NCBI RefSeq assembly: GCF_006345805.1
Contig: NC_042997.1
Span: 161,448,001-161,512,000, forward strand
Direction of reading: 5' to 3'
Length of the DNA: 64,000 bases
Origin: Octopus sinensis
Lineage: Eukaryota
In this document: in pieces, positions 1 through 10,699 of the stretch
Position numbering within the stretch: the stretch's first letter is position 1
Layout of the letters: the number at the start of each line of letters is the position of its first letter
Notes under the pieces: model-generated
What the model was told of the DNA's origin: nothing
What the model saw: only the letters and a program-made list of their open reading frames with translations
Databases searched by the model: none
Made by a program: the position numbers and the translations under genes

Positions 1-360
1 GGGTGATCAACAGAAACTACATCATATACACTCTATAAACTATGATGCTTCCCACACACACACAAACATACATATGCACATGCTTGCATACTTACACACG
101 CAACACACATGCACACACACATTCACACGATAGTAACAACAACGATAACAAATTATCTGTAGGACTCTCCTAAGCCCAGTCTTCACAATATCACAAGCCC
201 ATATCACCAATGTAAGAAAGCTTGTCGGATCATTTAAACACAACAAAGTAATTAGTCATAGTTTCTTAAATATCATTCCATAAGCCACATATTGTTGACA
301 GCTAGTAAGTGTTATAACAATTATTGAATGATAGACTTAACCTGTTACCCCATTAATACC

Positions 361-588
361 TATTTCTTTACTGCCCACAAGGGGCTACACACAGAGGGGA
401 CAAACAAGGACAGACAAACAGATTAAGTCGATTATATCGACTCCAGTGCGTAACTGGTACTTAATTTATCGACCCTGAAAGGATGAAAGGCAAAGTCGAC
501 CTCAGCAGAATTTGAACTCACAACATAACGGCAGACGAAATACCGCTGAGCATTTCGCCCGGCATGCTAACAATTCTGCCAGCTCACT
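361..588 (-). mobile_element. tRNA-derived SINE, family F1, long-tail variant
   Basis: Reverse complement of F1: A-box-like TGGCAGAA head, B-box GAGTTCAAATTC, central GCCTTTCATCCTTTC(A/G)GGGTCGATAAATTAAGTACC domain; matches copies at 18633 and 62691. Confidence 0.85.
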
Positions 589-1091
589 CCATTAATACCA
601 CCAACTGCCCCATAGTTACTTTTAGTGGAGTTTTCTTCATTGAAAGTACTTAGATTAGATTCTCACTCTGAAGCTAGTTATGTTCTTTATGAATTATAGT
701 TATCTTATTCATCTCCCCAATTCTCTATCAGTCTTGGACACCCTGCAAATGTCATGAGGAATGTCATTCCTCTGCTGATTGAACGATAGAAGAAGAAAAA
801 GGAAAATCCTATTATTCTATTTGCCTCAGTCAATCTAGCTGTTTGATTTACTAAAAGCCACTGACAACACAATGTTATAACAGCATATATTAATGTGAAA
901 TCAAACTAGCCAATCCAAAATAGCATAGTTTGATAGATACTTAAACAAAATTAATTGATGATGTGTAAGGACACCATATTTTGTTATGCAGCCATGATAT
1001 ACAACAAAGTATATCAAACATTTTTATAAGTCAATATTGTGTTCTGTTGTGTTAGCAGGGCTATTACATCACTAGTTAAGGTTATCTCTTC

Positions 1092-1162
1092 AGATTTTCT
1101 ATAGAGATTATAGGCAGCACTATAACGAAATTAGTACCAGCTATAATTTCTATGGAAAATCT
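1092..1162. repeat. Short palindromic hairpin element (mini-MITE-like)
   Basis: 22-bp inverted arms 1092-1113 and 1141-1162 (20/22 match), with partly self-complementary spacer. Confidence 0.7.
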
Positions 1163-1465
1163 ATAAAGATAATCATAACAAGTGAAAAATTAATTGAATA
1201 CTATAATAAAGATTACTTGTGAGGGAACAGTTTACCAGATAAGTATTGTATCTTATAAAAGATTTATAAACATCAATATTTTTATTTGTTAGAATAAACT
1301 CTTTAATAAAATATCCTAAGTAAATCTTGTTTTACAAGATGTTCATGTATCATAAACAGAGATGAGTCCTTCTGACGTTCAGTGAAGGCCCTTTAAAGGT
1401 AACTGAAAGTTATATGTACCAACAAAACTTCTCTAAACATTTTCAGGTTATAGCTGGTGTTAATT

Positions 1466-2185
1466 ATCAGGTCATCCCATAAGTTCTGTCCGAATTTTGA
1501 ATAAAGAAAGCAAGTGATCAAATGTTATATTTAATTGAAATTTAATCATCAATGTACTTTCCCTGATTATTTATTACTTCCTTCCATCTATTTACAAGCT
1601 TTTTAATCCCATCAATGTAAAACTCTTTTGGTTTCAAAGCGAAGAACTCTGAAATGTCAGTTTCGACCTCCTCCTGGTTTGCGAAAGTTATGTCCCCCAA
1701 ATGATTCTGTAAACTACGAAACAAATGGTAGTCTGAAGAAGCAAGGTTGGGAAAATAAGGTGGATGAGGTATTTTTTCCCAACCAAGCTCTTCGATCTTC
1801 TGTGATGTGATCTTTGCAGTGTGAGGTTGCGCATTGTCCTGATGAAACATCACTCCTTTTCGATTCACTAAGCGGGTCTTTTTTCTTCAAAGCTTGGTTC
1901 AAACACTCTAATTGTAGGTGTAGACTTGAGCATTGATTGTTGCATTAGGTGGTAACAATTCAAAGTGAATTACTCCTTAGCAATCCCACCAGATAGAGTT
2001 CTCTCTATCTGGTGGGATTTCAAAGGAGTAATTCATTTTGAATTGTTACCACCTAATGCAACACTCAATGCTCAAGTCTACACCTTTTTTCCATGAAGTT
2101 CCCTTCTCAGTTGTGGTTGAGCTTTTTTCCTTTTACCAAGCCACTGTTTTCAACGTTTAACATTTCGATAGAAGATCCATTTGGT
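1466..2185 (-). mobile_element. mariner (DD34D) DNA transposon remnant with internal inverted duplication
   Basis: Minus-strand peptides WIFYRNVKR..QWLGK (2090-2180), SIWWD..GVIHFELLPPNATIN (1916-1998) and the ORF at 1542-1868; TIR-like end TATCAGGTCATCCCATAAG near 1464-1482. Confidence 0.9.
1542..1868 (-). pseudogene. mariner transposase C-terminal catalytic fragment
   Basis: FHQDNAQPH (second catalytic Asp) and HPPYFPNLASSDY (variant of the mariner HPPYSPDLAPSDY motif); upstream part broken by stops and frameshifts. Confidence 0.9.
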
Positions 2186-2409
2186 GTTGGCGGTGGTGGT
2201 GGTGATGGTGATGGTGATGGTGGTGATTAGTAAATACAACTGGCTGTCAATAATAGGAAAGTACCCAATAACTTTTACATATCACATTTCTATGTCTTTG
2301 TTCAGAATTGTTGAAGCATAAAATTAACTGCATACTGTAGTAATCATCATCATTGTCATCATCATTGTCATCATCGTCGTCATCATCGTCATCATCATTA
2401 TTATTATAC

Positions 2410-2862
2410 TAGTACATGCTAATTTAATTAGCAGGTATTTTCTTTTAATGTTTGGTGACAATAAGTCTCTTCACATCTCAAGAATTTTTCTTAGTATTCT
2501 TGCAGAATATAGATTGGTACTTTCCTGCAGTTCAACAAAGCAAGTTACATTTCCAAATTCTTTCAGTCTTTTAGACAGCATTTTGGGTGTTGTATCAAGT
2601 GCACCTATTAGTACAGGAATAATTGTTGTCTTGGTCTTCCACTGTCTCCTTATCTCCTTGATTAGATCTTGATATTTCTCAATTTCTTCAATTTCTTTGC
2701 TATCGACTCCGCTATCATAGGGAATTGCAAAATCTATGATTTTATATTGTTCATTTATTTTATCCTCTATGATAGTAACTGGTCTCTTTACTTAAAAAGT
2801 ATGGTCAGTCTTTATGGGGAAATCCCACCAGATCTTGTAATTCTCATTTCCTATGGTATGAA
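2410..2862 (-). mobile_element. R4/Dong-clade non-LTR retrotransposon 3' fragment (restriction-like endonuclease domain)
   Basis: Minus translation KIWWDFPIKTDHTF*VKRP...IIDFAIPYD...EIEKYQDLIKEIRRQWKTKTTIIPVLIGALD...LRKILEM*; flanked by (ATT)n-type tracts. Confidence 0.8.
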
Positions 2863-2891
2863 CATTATTATTGTTGTTGTTGTTGTTAGTA

Positions 2892-2957
<66 letters not shown>

Positions 2958-2958
<1 letters not shown>

Positions 2959-3391
2959 TTAAGGTGGCAAATGTGGCAAGCTGGCAGAACCGTTGGCATG
3001 CTGGGTGAAGTACTTGGCTATATTTTGTCTGTCACTACGTTCTGAGTTCAAATTCTGCCAAGGTTGACTTTGCCTTTCATCCTTTCAGGATCGATAAATT
3101 AAGTACCAGCTGAGTACTAGGATCAATGTGATCAACTATTACCCTCCCCACAAAATCCAGGATTTGTGTTTACAGTAGAAAAGATTATTACTTAAGGTGG
3201 TAAACTTGCAGAATTGTTAGCACATCAGGCAGAAGTCTTAGCAGTATTTCGTCTGTCTTTACATTTTGAGTTCAAGTGCTTTGTCTTTCATCCTTTGGGG
3301 TTTATAAAATGAGTACCATTTGAGCACTGGAGTTAGTGTTTATGACTTAACTATACCCCAAAATTACTGGCCTTGTTCCAAAATTTGAAAC

Positions 3392-3463
<72 letters not shown>

Positions 3464-3918
3464 TATTATTATTATTATTATTACTTAAGGTGGCAAATGT
3501 GGCAAGCTGGCAGAACCGTTGGCATGCTGGGTGAAGTACTTGGCTATATTTTGTCTGTCACTACGTTCTGAGTTCAAATTCTGCCAAGGTTGACTTTGCC
3601 TTTCATCCTTTCAGGATCGATAAATTAAGTACCAGCTGAGTACTAGGATCAATGTGATCAACTATTACCCTCCCCACAAAATCCAGGATTTGTGTTTACA
3701 GTAGAAAAGATTATTACTTAAGGTGGTAAACTTGCAGAATTGTTAGCACATCAGGCAGAAGTCTTAGCAGTATTTCGTCTGTCTTTACATTTTGAGTTCA
3801 AGTGCTTTGTCTTTCATCCTTTGGGGTTTATAAAATGAGTACCATTTGAGCACTGGAGTTAGTGTTTATGACTTAACTATACCCCAAAATTACTGGCCTT
3901 GTTCCAAAATTTGAAACC
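2958..3918 (+). repeat. Tandem duplication (526-bp period) of an F1 SINE dimer
   Basis: 2958-3392 and 3484-3918 appear identical by eye; each unit holds two head-to-tail F1 copies and is followed by (ATT)n. Confidence 0.9.
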
Positions 3919-3934
3919 ATTATTATTATTATTA

Positions 3935-4011
<77 letters not shown>

Positions 4012-4037
4012 TTTAAAAGGATTGACATAACTCTTCA

Positions 4038-4351
4038 CAATATGAAGAGTGCACTGTGATTGAAATAGATTGCTTATAGGTTTGAACGATATTTCTTCAG
4101 CTTGTCTGTCTTTTTCAAATTCAAAGTGCGAAATACTGCATTCATACTTTGATGGAGTGTCATTCAAGCAAAGTGGGAAAGCAGGATCTCCTCATCCAAA
4201 ATTTTGAATTTGAATATCCATAAATTTGAATTTCTGGGTTCATTTTACATTCTGAACCTGAAGAAGACAGACGAGCTGTAGAAATATCATTCAAAGCAAT
4301 AAATTTCAATCATAAACAATCTATTTCAATCACACCACACTTTTCGTATTG
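4038..4351. mobile_element. Non-autonomous element with ~90-bp inverted terminal repeats bearing hammerhead motifs (Penelope-like derivative?)
   Basis: 4038-4126 is the reverse complement of 4250-4351 (small insertion in right arm); each arm has a degenerate CTGAAGA-stem-GAAA motif. Confidence 0.65.
4253..4293 (+). ncRNA. Degenerate minimal type I hammerhead ribozyme
   Basis: TGAAC-CTGAAGA-A-GACAG-ACGAG-CTGTA-GAAA-TATC-ATTCA; core intact, one mismatch each in stems I and II. Confidence 0.5.
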
Positions 4352-4355
4352 TCTA

Positions 4356-4391
<36 letters not shown>

Positions 4392-4938
4392 GAGTGAGAG
4401 AGTAGTGTATGCCATCAAAGTGACACTGGGGTACAAATATACAAAGCCCTGTATACCCCTCATAACTACCCATCTGATAAGGGTACTTCAGGCACATGCA
4501 TCACAACCATGTGTGCGCGACATGGTGATCTCATATCAAGATAAACAGCACAGGTGGGGCCCAGTTAGAATTTTCTTCAGGTCGAGTAGCCCATTCCACT
4601 CAAAAGGTTCCTGAATATGGGTTGTTTAAGGATGTTGAATGAAACACCCATGCTTCCAAAGATGAATTATCCAAACCTCAAAGAATTCCTCTCAACACAT
4701 GACTGTGATGCTCCCCCACTACTTCTGCTGATGATCAGAGATGCACTTATCATCAGCCACTAAAGAACATGTTCAACTGGTTATGGCCAAGCAACTGACA
4801 AGTAAATCTGTAGTATTGAGCAGAATATTTGCTGTAGCCCATCATTTATACTAGGTCAAAACAATGTTCAAGATAACACTTCCAATCAGTTAAGATCAGA
4901 AGCCATGAAAGCCACTGCCTGATCCTGCATCAGGGCAT
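4392..4938. mobile_element. Unclassified ~545-bp (ATT/TAA)n-embedded non-coding element, copy 1
   Basis: Co-linear with 5622-6166 and 9418-9974, same termini (GAGTGAGAG...CAGGGCATTT), (ATT)n both sides. Confidence 0.8.
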
Positions 4939-5032
4939 TTATTATTATTATTACTATTATTATTATTATTATTATATTATATTATTATTATTATTATTAT
5001 CATTATTATTATTATTATCATCATCATTATTA

Positions 5033-5111
<79 letters not shown>

Positions 5112-5602
5112 GGCAGCGAGCTGGCAGAATCGTTAGCACGCCAGGTGAAATGCTTAGTGGTATTTCGTCTGCAGCTACACACTGAGTTCAAATTCTGCTA
5201 TGGTCGACTTTGCCTTTCATCCTTTTGAGGTAATAAATTAAGTACCAATTGCATACAGGGGTCGATGTAATCGACTTAATCCCTTCCCCAGATTTGAGGC
5301 CTTGTGCTTCCAGTAGAAAGGATTATCATCATCATCATCATCATTATTATTATTATTGTTATTATTATTATCATTATTATCATTATTATTATTATTATTA
5401 TTTCATAAGGTGACAACCTGGCTGCATCATCACCATGCTGTACTAAATACTTAGCAGTATTTTGTCTGTTCAAATTCTATAAGGTCAACTTGGCCTTTTA
5501 TCCTTTCAGGGTCAATGAAATAAATACAAACTGAGCATTAGAGTCAATGTAATTGACTTACCGTCCCTCAAAATTGTTGGCCTTGTGCCAAACTTTAAAA
5601 CC
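5112..5602 (+). mobile_element. Two F1 SINE copies (about 5112-5322 and 5408-5602) separated by (ATC/ATT)n
   Basis: F1 head and central domain in both. Confidence 0.75.
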
Positions 5603-5621
5603 ATTATTATTTATTATTATT

Positions 5622-6166
5622 GAGTGAGAGAGCAGCACACTCCATCAAAGTAATGCTGGGGTACAAATATATGAAACCTAATATAACCAATATACCCATC
5701 ATAACTACCTGTCTGATAAGGACACATCAGGCACATGCATCATAACCACATGCGCTGGAAATGGTAACCTTATATCATGATAAACAGCATATGACCTTTC
5801 AGGCAGAGCCCAATTAGAATTTTCTTCAGGTCAAGTAGCCCATCCCACGCAATCCTGAATAAGAGTTGTTTAAGGATTACAAACAAAACACCTGTTTTCA
5901 GAGATGAATTATTCAAACCCCAAAGAATCCCTCTCAACACATGGCTATAATGCTCTCGAACTACTCCTAGTCATGATCTGAGATACACATCTCATCAGCC
6001 TCTAACGGATATGCTCAACGGGTTAAGGGCAAGTAAATCTGTGGTATTGAACAGAATATTTGTTGTAGTCTATCCTTTACACCAAAACAAAACATGTGCA
6101 TGTTAATACTTCCAATCAGTTACGATCAGAAGCCATGAGAGCCAGTGCCTGGTATTGCATCAGTAT
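5622..6166. mobile_element. Unclassified ~545-bp (ATT/TAA)n-embedded element, copy 2
   Basis: Co-linear with 4392-4938. Confidence 0.8.
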
Positions 6167-6189
6167 CATTATTATTATTATTATTATTC

Positions 6190-6603
6190 TATGTTTGACT
6201 TTTGCTTTATATTTGTACAAGTTGGCTCCAAGTCTCACCCAGAGACCTCAAGAGACAACAGGGTTGGAAGTTCATGTTGTTGTTATGCCTAGTGTGCCAT
6301 ATATTTGGGGGGAGGGGTGCTGTACTAATGAATGTCTAAAAAATTTTTTTTTTTTTTTAAACCGAAAATTATGTTTGTTTTAAACCTTGAGATTACATAG
6401 AAAGTATTTTGCATAGGATATGAGCAGTTCCCATGAGCACTATCTTTTGAATTTCTGCCATTTTGGGGTTTCCTGGTATCTGAGTTAGGTAGCTATCAGC
6501 CCCTTTTGCTATCATTCCCAGGGCACCTATGACAACAAGTATTGTTTTAGTCTTCAGGTTCCACATTTTGCTGATTTCTATTTCAAGATCTTTATATTTG
6601 CTC

Positions 6604-6605
<2 letters not shown>
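6190..6605 (-). mobile_element. R4/Dong-clade 3' fragment
   Basis: SKYKDLEIEISKMWNLKTKTILVVIGALGMI...IQKIVLMGTAHILCKILSM* plus 3' UTR shared with the 6660 and 8385 copies; (ATT)n flanks. Confidence 0.85.
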
Positions 6606-6648
<43 letters not shown>

Positions 6649-6659
6649 GTTGTTGTTGT

Positions 6660-7090
6660 TGTTTTGTATTTGTACAATTATACAAGTTGACTCCAAGTCT
6701 CACCTAGAGACCTCAAGAAACAACAGGTTAAAAGTTCAAGTTGGTTTTATGCCTAGAGTGCCATATATTTGGTTTTACACAAAGTATTGTTCTAAAGAAT
6801 GTTTAAGAAAACATAAGAAAATTATAAGTTTGTTTTAAAATTTGAGATTACATTGACAGTATTTTATGTAGGATGTGGGCAGTTCCCTTGAGCACTATCT
6901 TTTGGATTTCTGCTATTCTGGAGTCCACCCACTTTTGCTATTCTGGGAATCACCCACTTTTGCTATCATCCCTTGGGCACCTATGACAACAGGTATTGTT
7001 TTAGTTTTGCAGTTCCACATTTTGCCAGTTTCTATTTCAAGATCTTTATATTTGCTCAGTGTTTGGTAGGTCTTTTGGTAGGCTGAATAA
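6660..7090 (-). mobile_element. R4/Dong-clade 3' fragment
   Basis: LSKYKDLEIETGKMWNCKTKTIPVVIGAQGMIAK...KIVLKGTAHILHKILSM*; same 3' UTR as 6190-6392. Confidence 0.85.
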
Positions 7091-7784
7091 TGAGAGAGCT
7101 CCGCAATGAATAAGAGAGAGAGAGAGTTCTGTGCTGAATAACAACATGGATGTGCTACACTGGGCTCTCTATAAAAAACAAATCTAATCTAATAACATCG
7201 ATGGAATGGGATAAAAGAACTTGTGGAAGACTTGAAGGAAGTGGTCTTTTAACGAAAATAATCGCAAAAACGAAATTTTACAGTCATACACAGCACAGTT
7301 TCTCCTATGCACGATGTCTCAATGAAGCATGTGTGAAAGACACATGCGAAATCAACATCAGAAAGTTTACAAATTATAAAATACAAGTGGAACAAAACTG
7401 TAAGTACATAAATTGATTAATTACACATACACATGAATGTCTATACAATCATATATACATTTTAATACACATAAGACTACACACACATTCCAATGTTTAC
7501 ACAACTACATGAAATTTACAGGACACACATACACGCATATGAAAACATGTGTCACAAACGAAGCAAAAAATAACAAACAATTTTTTTTTTTAACTAACAC
7601 AGGCAGAGTGAACAATTCATAAATTTAAAAACACTCCAATAAAACCTATGCCCGGAGATAAATCTTTCAACATAAAAAATACAGATGAATACAGATCTGT
7701 TAGCCTTAAGAAGCTACATTACGAACAATGTTCTCATTAAGAGAACTCAGAGGCAGTGTTGTCTCAAAAAAAAATTATTATTAT

Positions 7785-8340
7785 TATTATCATTTATAAC
7801 TTCTTTTCATTATAATTTTATTTCAGCTGCCTTAGTACAGGGCATCCTTTGGAGGACAAGAGCAGCAAGGGCACTTTTGTTTTGCTATGCATGCTAAAAT
7901 TATAACCACATTTATTCCATTTTAGATGGCAAGTGCTTTCCATAGCATATGGGCTGTACCCATTAAGGATATCTTTTGTAGTTTACAGAAGCTGAAGTTA
8001 CTGGGGACTTGCTTAATATACTTCAGAGCTCCCTTTCTTTATCATTCCCAATGCATCAATTACTATTGGTATTATCATAGTTCTAAGCTTCTATAGTTGT
8101 GATTTCAGTTTGCAAATCTTTATAGTGAAAAAGCTTTTTGTATTCTTTTCTTAAGATATTTTGATCTTGTCGGACTGACACATCAATTAACAGACAAGTT
8201 TGTCTGTTGTAGTCCTTGATCACAATGTCTGCTTGATTGGAGTCAATTTTTCTGTCAGTTTGTACTGGGAAGTTCCAAAGGATGGTGACACCTTCGCCAT
8301 TCACTACATCCTGTGGATGGTGCCTGTAACGCTTATCAAG
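7785..8340 (-). mobile_element. R4/Dong-clade 3' fragment, different subfamily
   Basis: ILWNFPVQTDRKIDSNQADIVIKDYNRQTCLLIDVSV...YKDLQTEI (PD..D endonuclease motif region), then MGTAH-like tail; distinct 3' UTR. Confidence 0.8.
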
Positions 8341-8342
8341 GG

Positions 8343-8384
<42 letters not shown>

Positions 8385-8385
<1 letters not shown>

Positions 8386-8535
8386 GTTTGGCTTTTGCTT
8401 TGTATTTGCATAAATTGACTCCATGTGTCACCCAGAGACCGCAAGAGACAACAAGTTAGAAGTTCAAGTTGATGTTATGACTAGGGTACCATACTTTTGG
8501 TTTTGCATAGAGTATTGTTCTAGAGAATATTTGTC
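8385..8535 (-). mobile_element. R4/Dong-clade 3' UTR-only fragment
   Basis: Aligns to 6660-6850; abuts (ATT)n at 8343-8383. Confidence 0.7.
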
Positions 8536-8637
8536 AACGCATAAGAAAACTAGAAGTTTGTATTGAAAGTAATTTGGTGGTAAGATGATGGTGTGATCTT
8601 AAGATGACAGTAAAAGGTGTTATTATCATCATCATCA

Positions 8638-8689
<52 letters not shown>

Positions 8690-9325
8690 GCTTAGTGACA
8701 TTTCAACTTTCTTCATGTTCTGAGTACAAATTCCAGTGAGCTCAACTTTGCCTTTCATCCTTTCGGGGTCAAAAGTACCAGTTGAGTACTGGGGTCAAAA
8801 TAAATGACTTACCCCTTCCCCCAAAATTGCTGGCCTTGTGTCAATATTTGAAATCATTATTGTTATTATTAATATTAATGCAGTGAACTGGCAGAATTAT
8901 TAGCATACCTGCCCAAATGCTTAATGGCATTTCATTTGTCTTTATGTTTTGTGTTCAAATTCTGCTGAGGGAAACTTTACCTTATATCCTTTCAGGGTCA
9001 ATAAAATAAGAACCAGTTAAGTACTGGGGTCAATGACATCAACTAGTTCCCACACCTAAACTATCAGGCCTTGTGCCTATAGTAGAAAAGATCGTTATTA
9101 TCATAATTATGGTGGTAAGCTGGCAGAATCACTAGCATACTGGACAAAATGCTGAGTAGCATTTCTTCTGGTTTTATGTTCTGTGTTCAAATTTCACTAA
9201 GGTCAACTTTGATTTTCATCATTTTGGGATGAATATAAGTACCAGTTGAGCACTGTGGTCGATGTAATTGAGTTACCACTTTCCCCAAAAAATTTCAAGG
9301 CTTGTGCCCATAATGGAAAGGACTA
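8690..9325 (+). mobile_element. Three head-to-tail F1 SINE copies
   Basis: F1 central domain repeated at about 8750, 8975 and 9205. Confidence 0.75.
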
Positions 9326-9417
9326 TCATTATTATTATTATTATTATAATTATTATTATAATTATTATTATTATTATTGTTATTATTACTATTATTATTA
9401 TTATTATTATTATTATT

Positions 9418-9974
9418 GAGTGATTGAGCAGTGCATGCCATCAAAGTGATACTGGGGTAAAATATACAAACCCTAGTATAACCATCATGACTACCCATCT
9501 GATGAGGGTACACTAGGCACATGCATCACAACCATATGTGCACGACATGGTGATCTCATATCAAGATAAACAACACATGACCTTGCAGGTGGGGCCCAGT
9601 TAGAATTTTCTTCTGGTTGAGTAACCCATCCCACTCAAAAGGTACCTGAATAAGGATTGTTTAGGGATGCTGAACGAAACACACATCTTTCCTGAGGTGA
9701 ATTATTCAATCCCCAAAGAATCCCTCTCGACACATGGCTATGATGCTCCCCCACCACTTCTGCTCATGATCAGAGATACACATATCGTCAGCCACTAAGG
9801 GACATGCTCAACTGGTTAAGGTCAAACAACTGACAAGCAAATCTGTGGTAGTGAGCAGAATATTTTCTGTAGCCCATATTTTATACCAAGACAAAACAAT
9901 GTTCATGTTAACACTTCCAATCAGTGAAGATCAGAAGCTACGAGAGCCACTGTCTGGTACTGTATCAGGGCATT
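9418..9974. mobile_element. Unclassified ~545-bp (ATT/TAA)n-embedded element, copy 3
   Basis: Co-linear with copies 1 and 2. Confidence 0.8.
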
Positions 9975-9995
9975 TATTATTATTATTATTATTAT

Positions 9996-10035
<40 letters not shown>

Positions 10036-10047
10036 TTAATATTAACT

Positions 10048-10235
10048 GAGGTGATGAGCTTGCAGAATCATTATCATGCTAAGAAAGATGGTTTGCCCAG
10101 CTTTACGCACTGGGTTCAAATTCTGCCAAGTCAACTTTGCATTTCATCATTTTGGGGATGTTGAGTACTGGGGTCAATGTAATTGACTTAACTCTTCTAC
10201 CAAAATTTCAGACCTTATGCCTTTAGTAGAAAGGA
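10048..10235 (+). mobile_element. F1 SINE, degenerate
   Basis: Head, GGTTCAAATTC and central domain recognisable. Confidence 0.7.
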
Positions 10236-10575
10236 TTATCATTATTATTACTATTATTATTATTATTATTATTATTATTGTTATTATTATTATTGTTATG
10301 ATCATCACTGTTACTAGACATTGTGTGTACAAATATTTTATATTTGGAATCAATGCCCTTGATACTAGATCACAACCAGTTTCCTTAGATATAAAGGACC
10401 TTTCTTACAATCCTTGCCATTCCCAAAAGAGCAGATTACCAAATTGATGCAACTCTCATTGTTACATCAATCTCAATAAACCTGCCAAGTCTGGCAGAAT
10501 CATTAGTACCCTGGGAAAAATGCTTAAGGACCTTTCCTCCATTTTTACATTCTGCATTTAAATTCAGGGCATTTA

Positions 10576-10639
<64 letters not shown>

Positions 10640-10666
10640 TATTATTAACATCTTCATCATCATCAT

Positions 10667-10699
<33 letters not shown>

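Noticed and set aside
700-800. Possible terminal exon on either strand
   Set aside because: Acceptor-like tracts on both strands and only short unrecognised peptides.
9770-9795. CTGAYGA conserved on the minus strand of all three ~545-bp elements
   Set aside because: Not followed by a stem II-GAAA arrangement, so not a canonical hammerhead.
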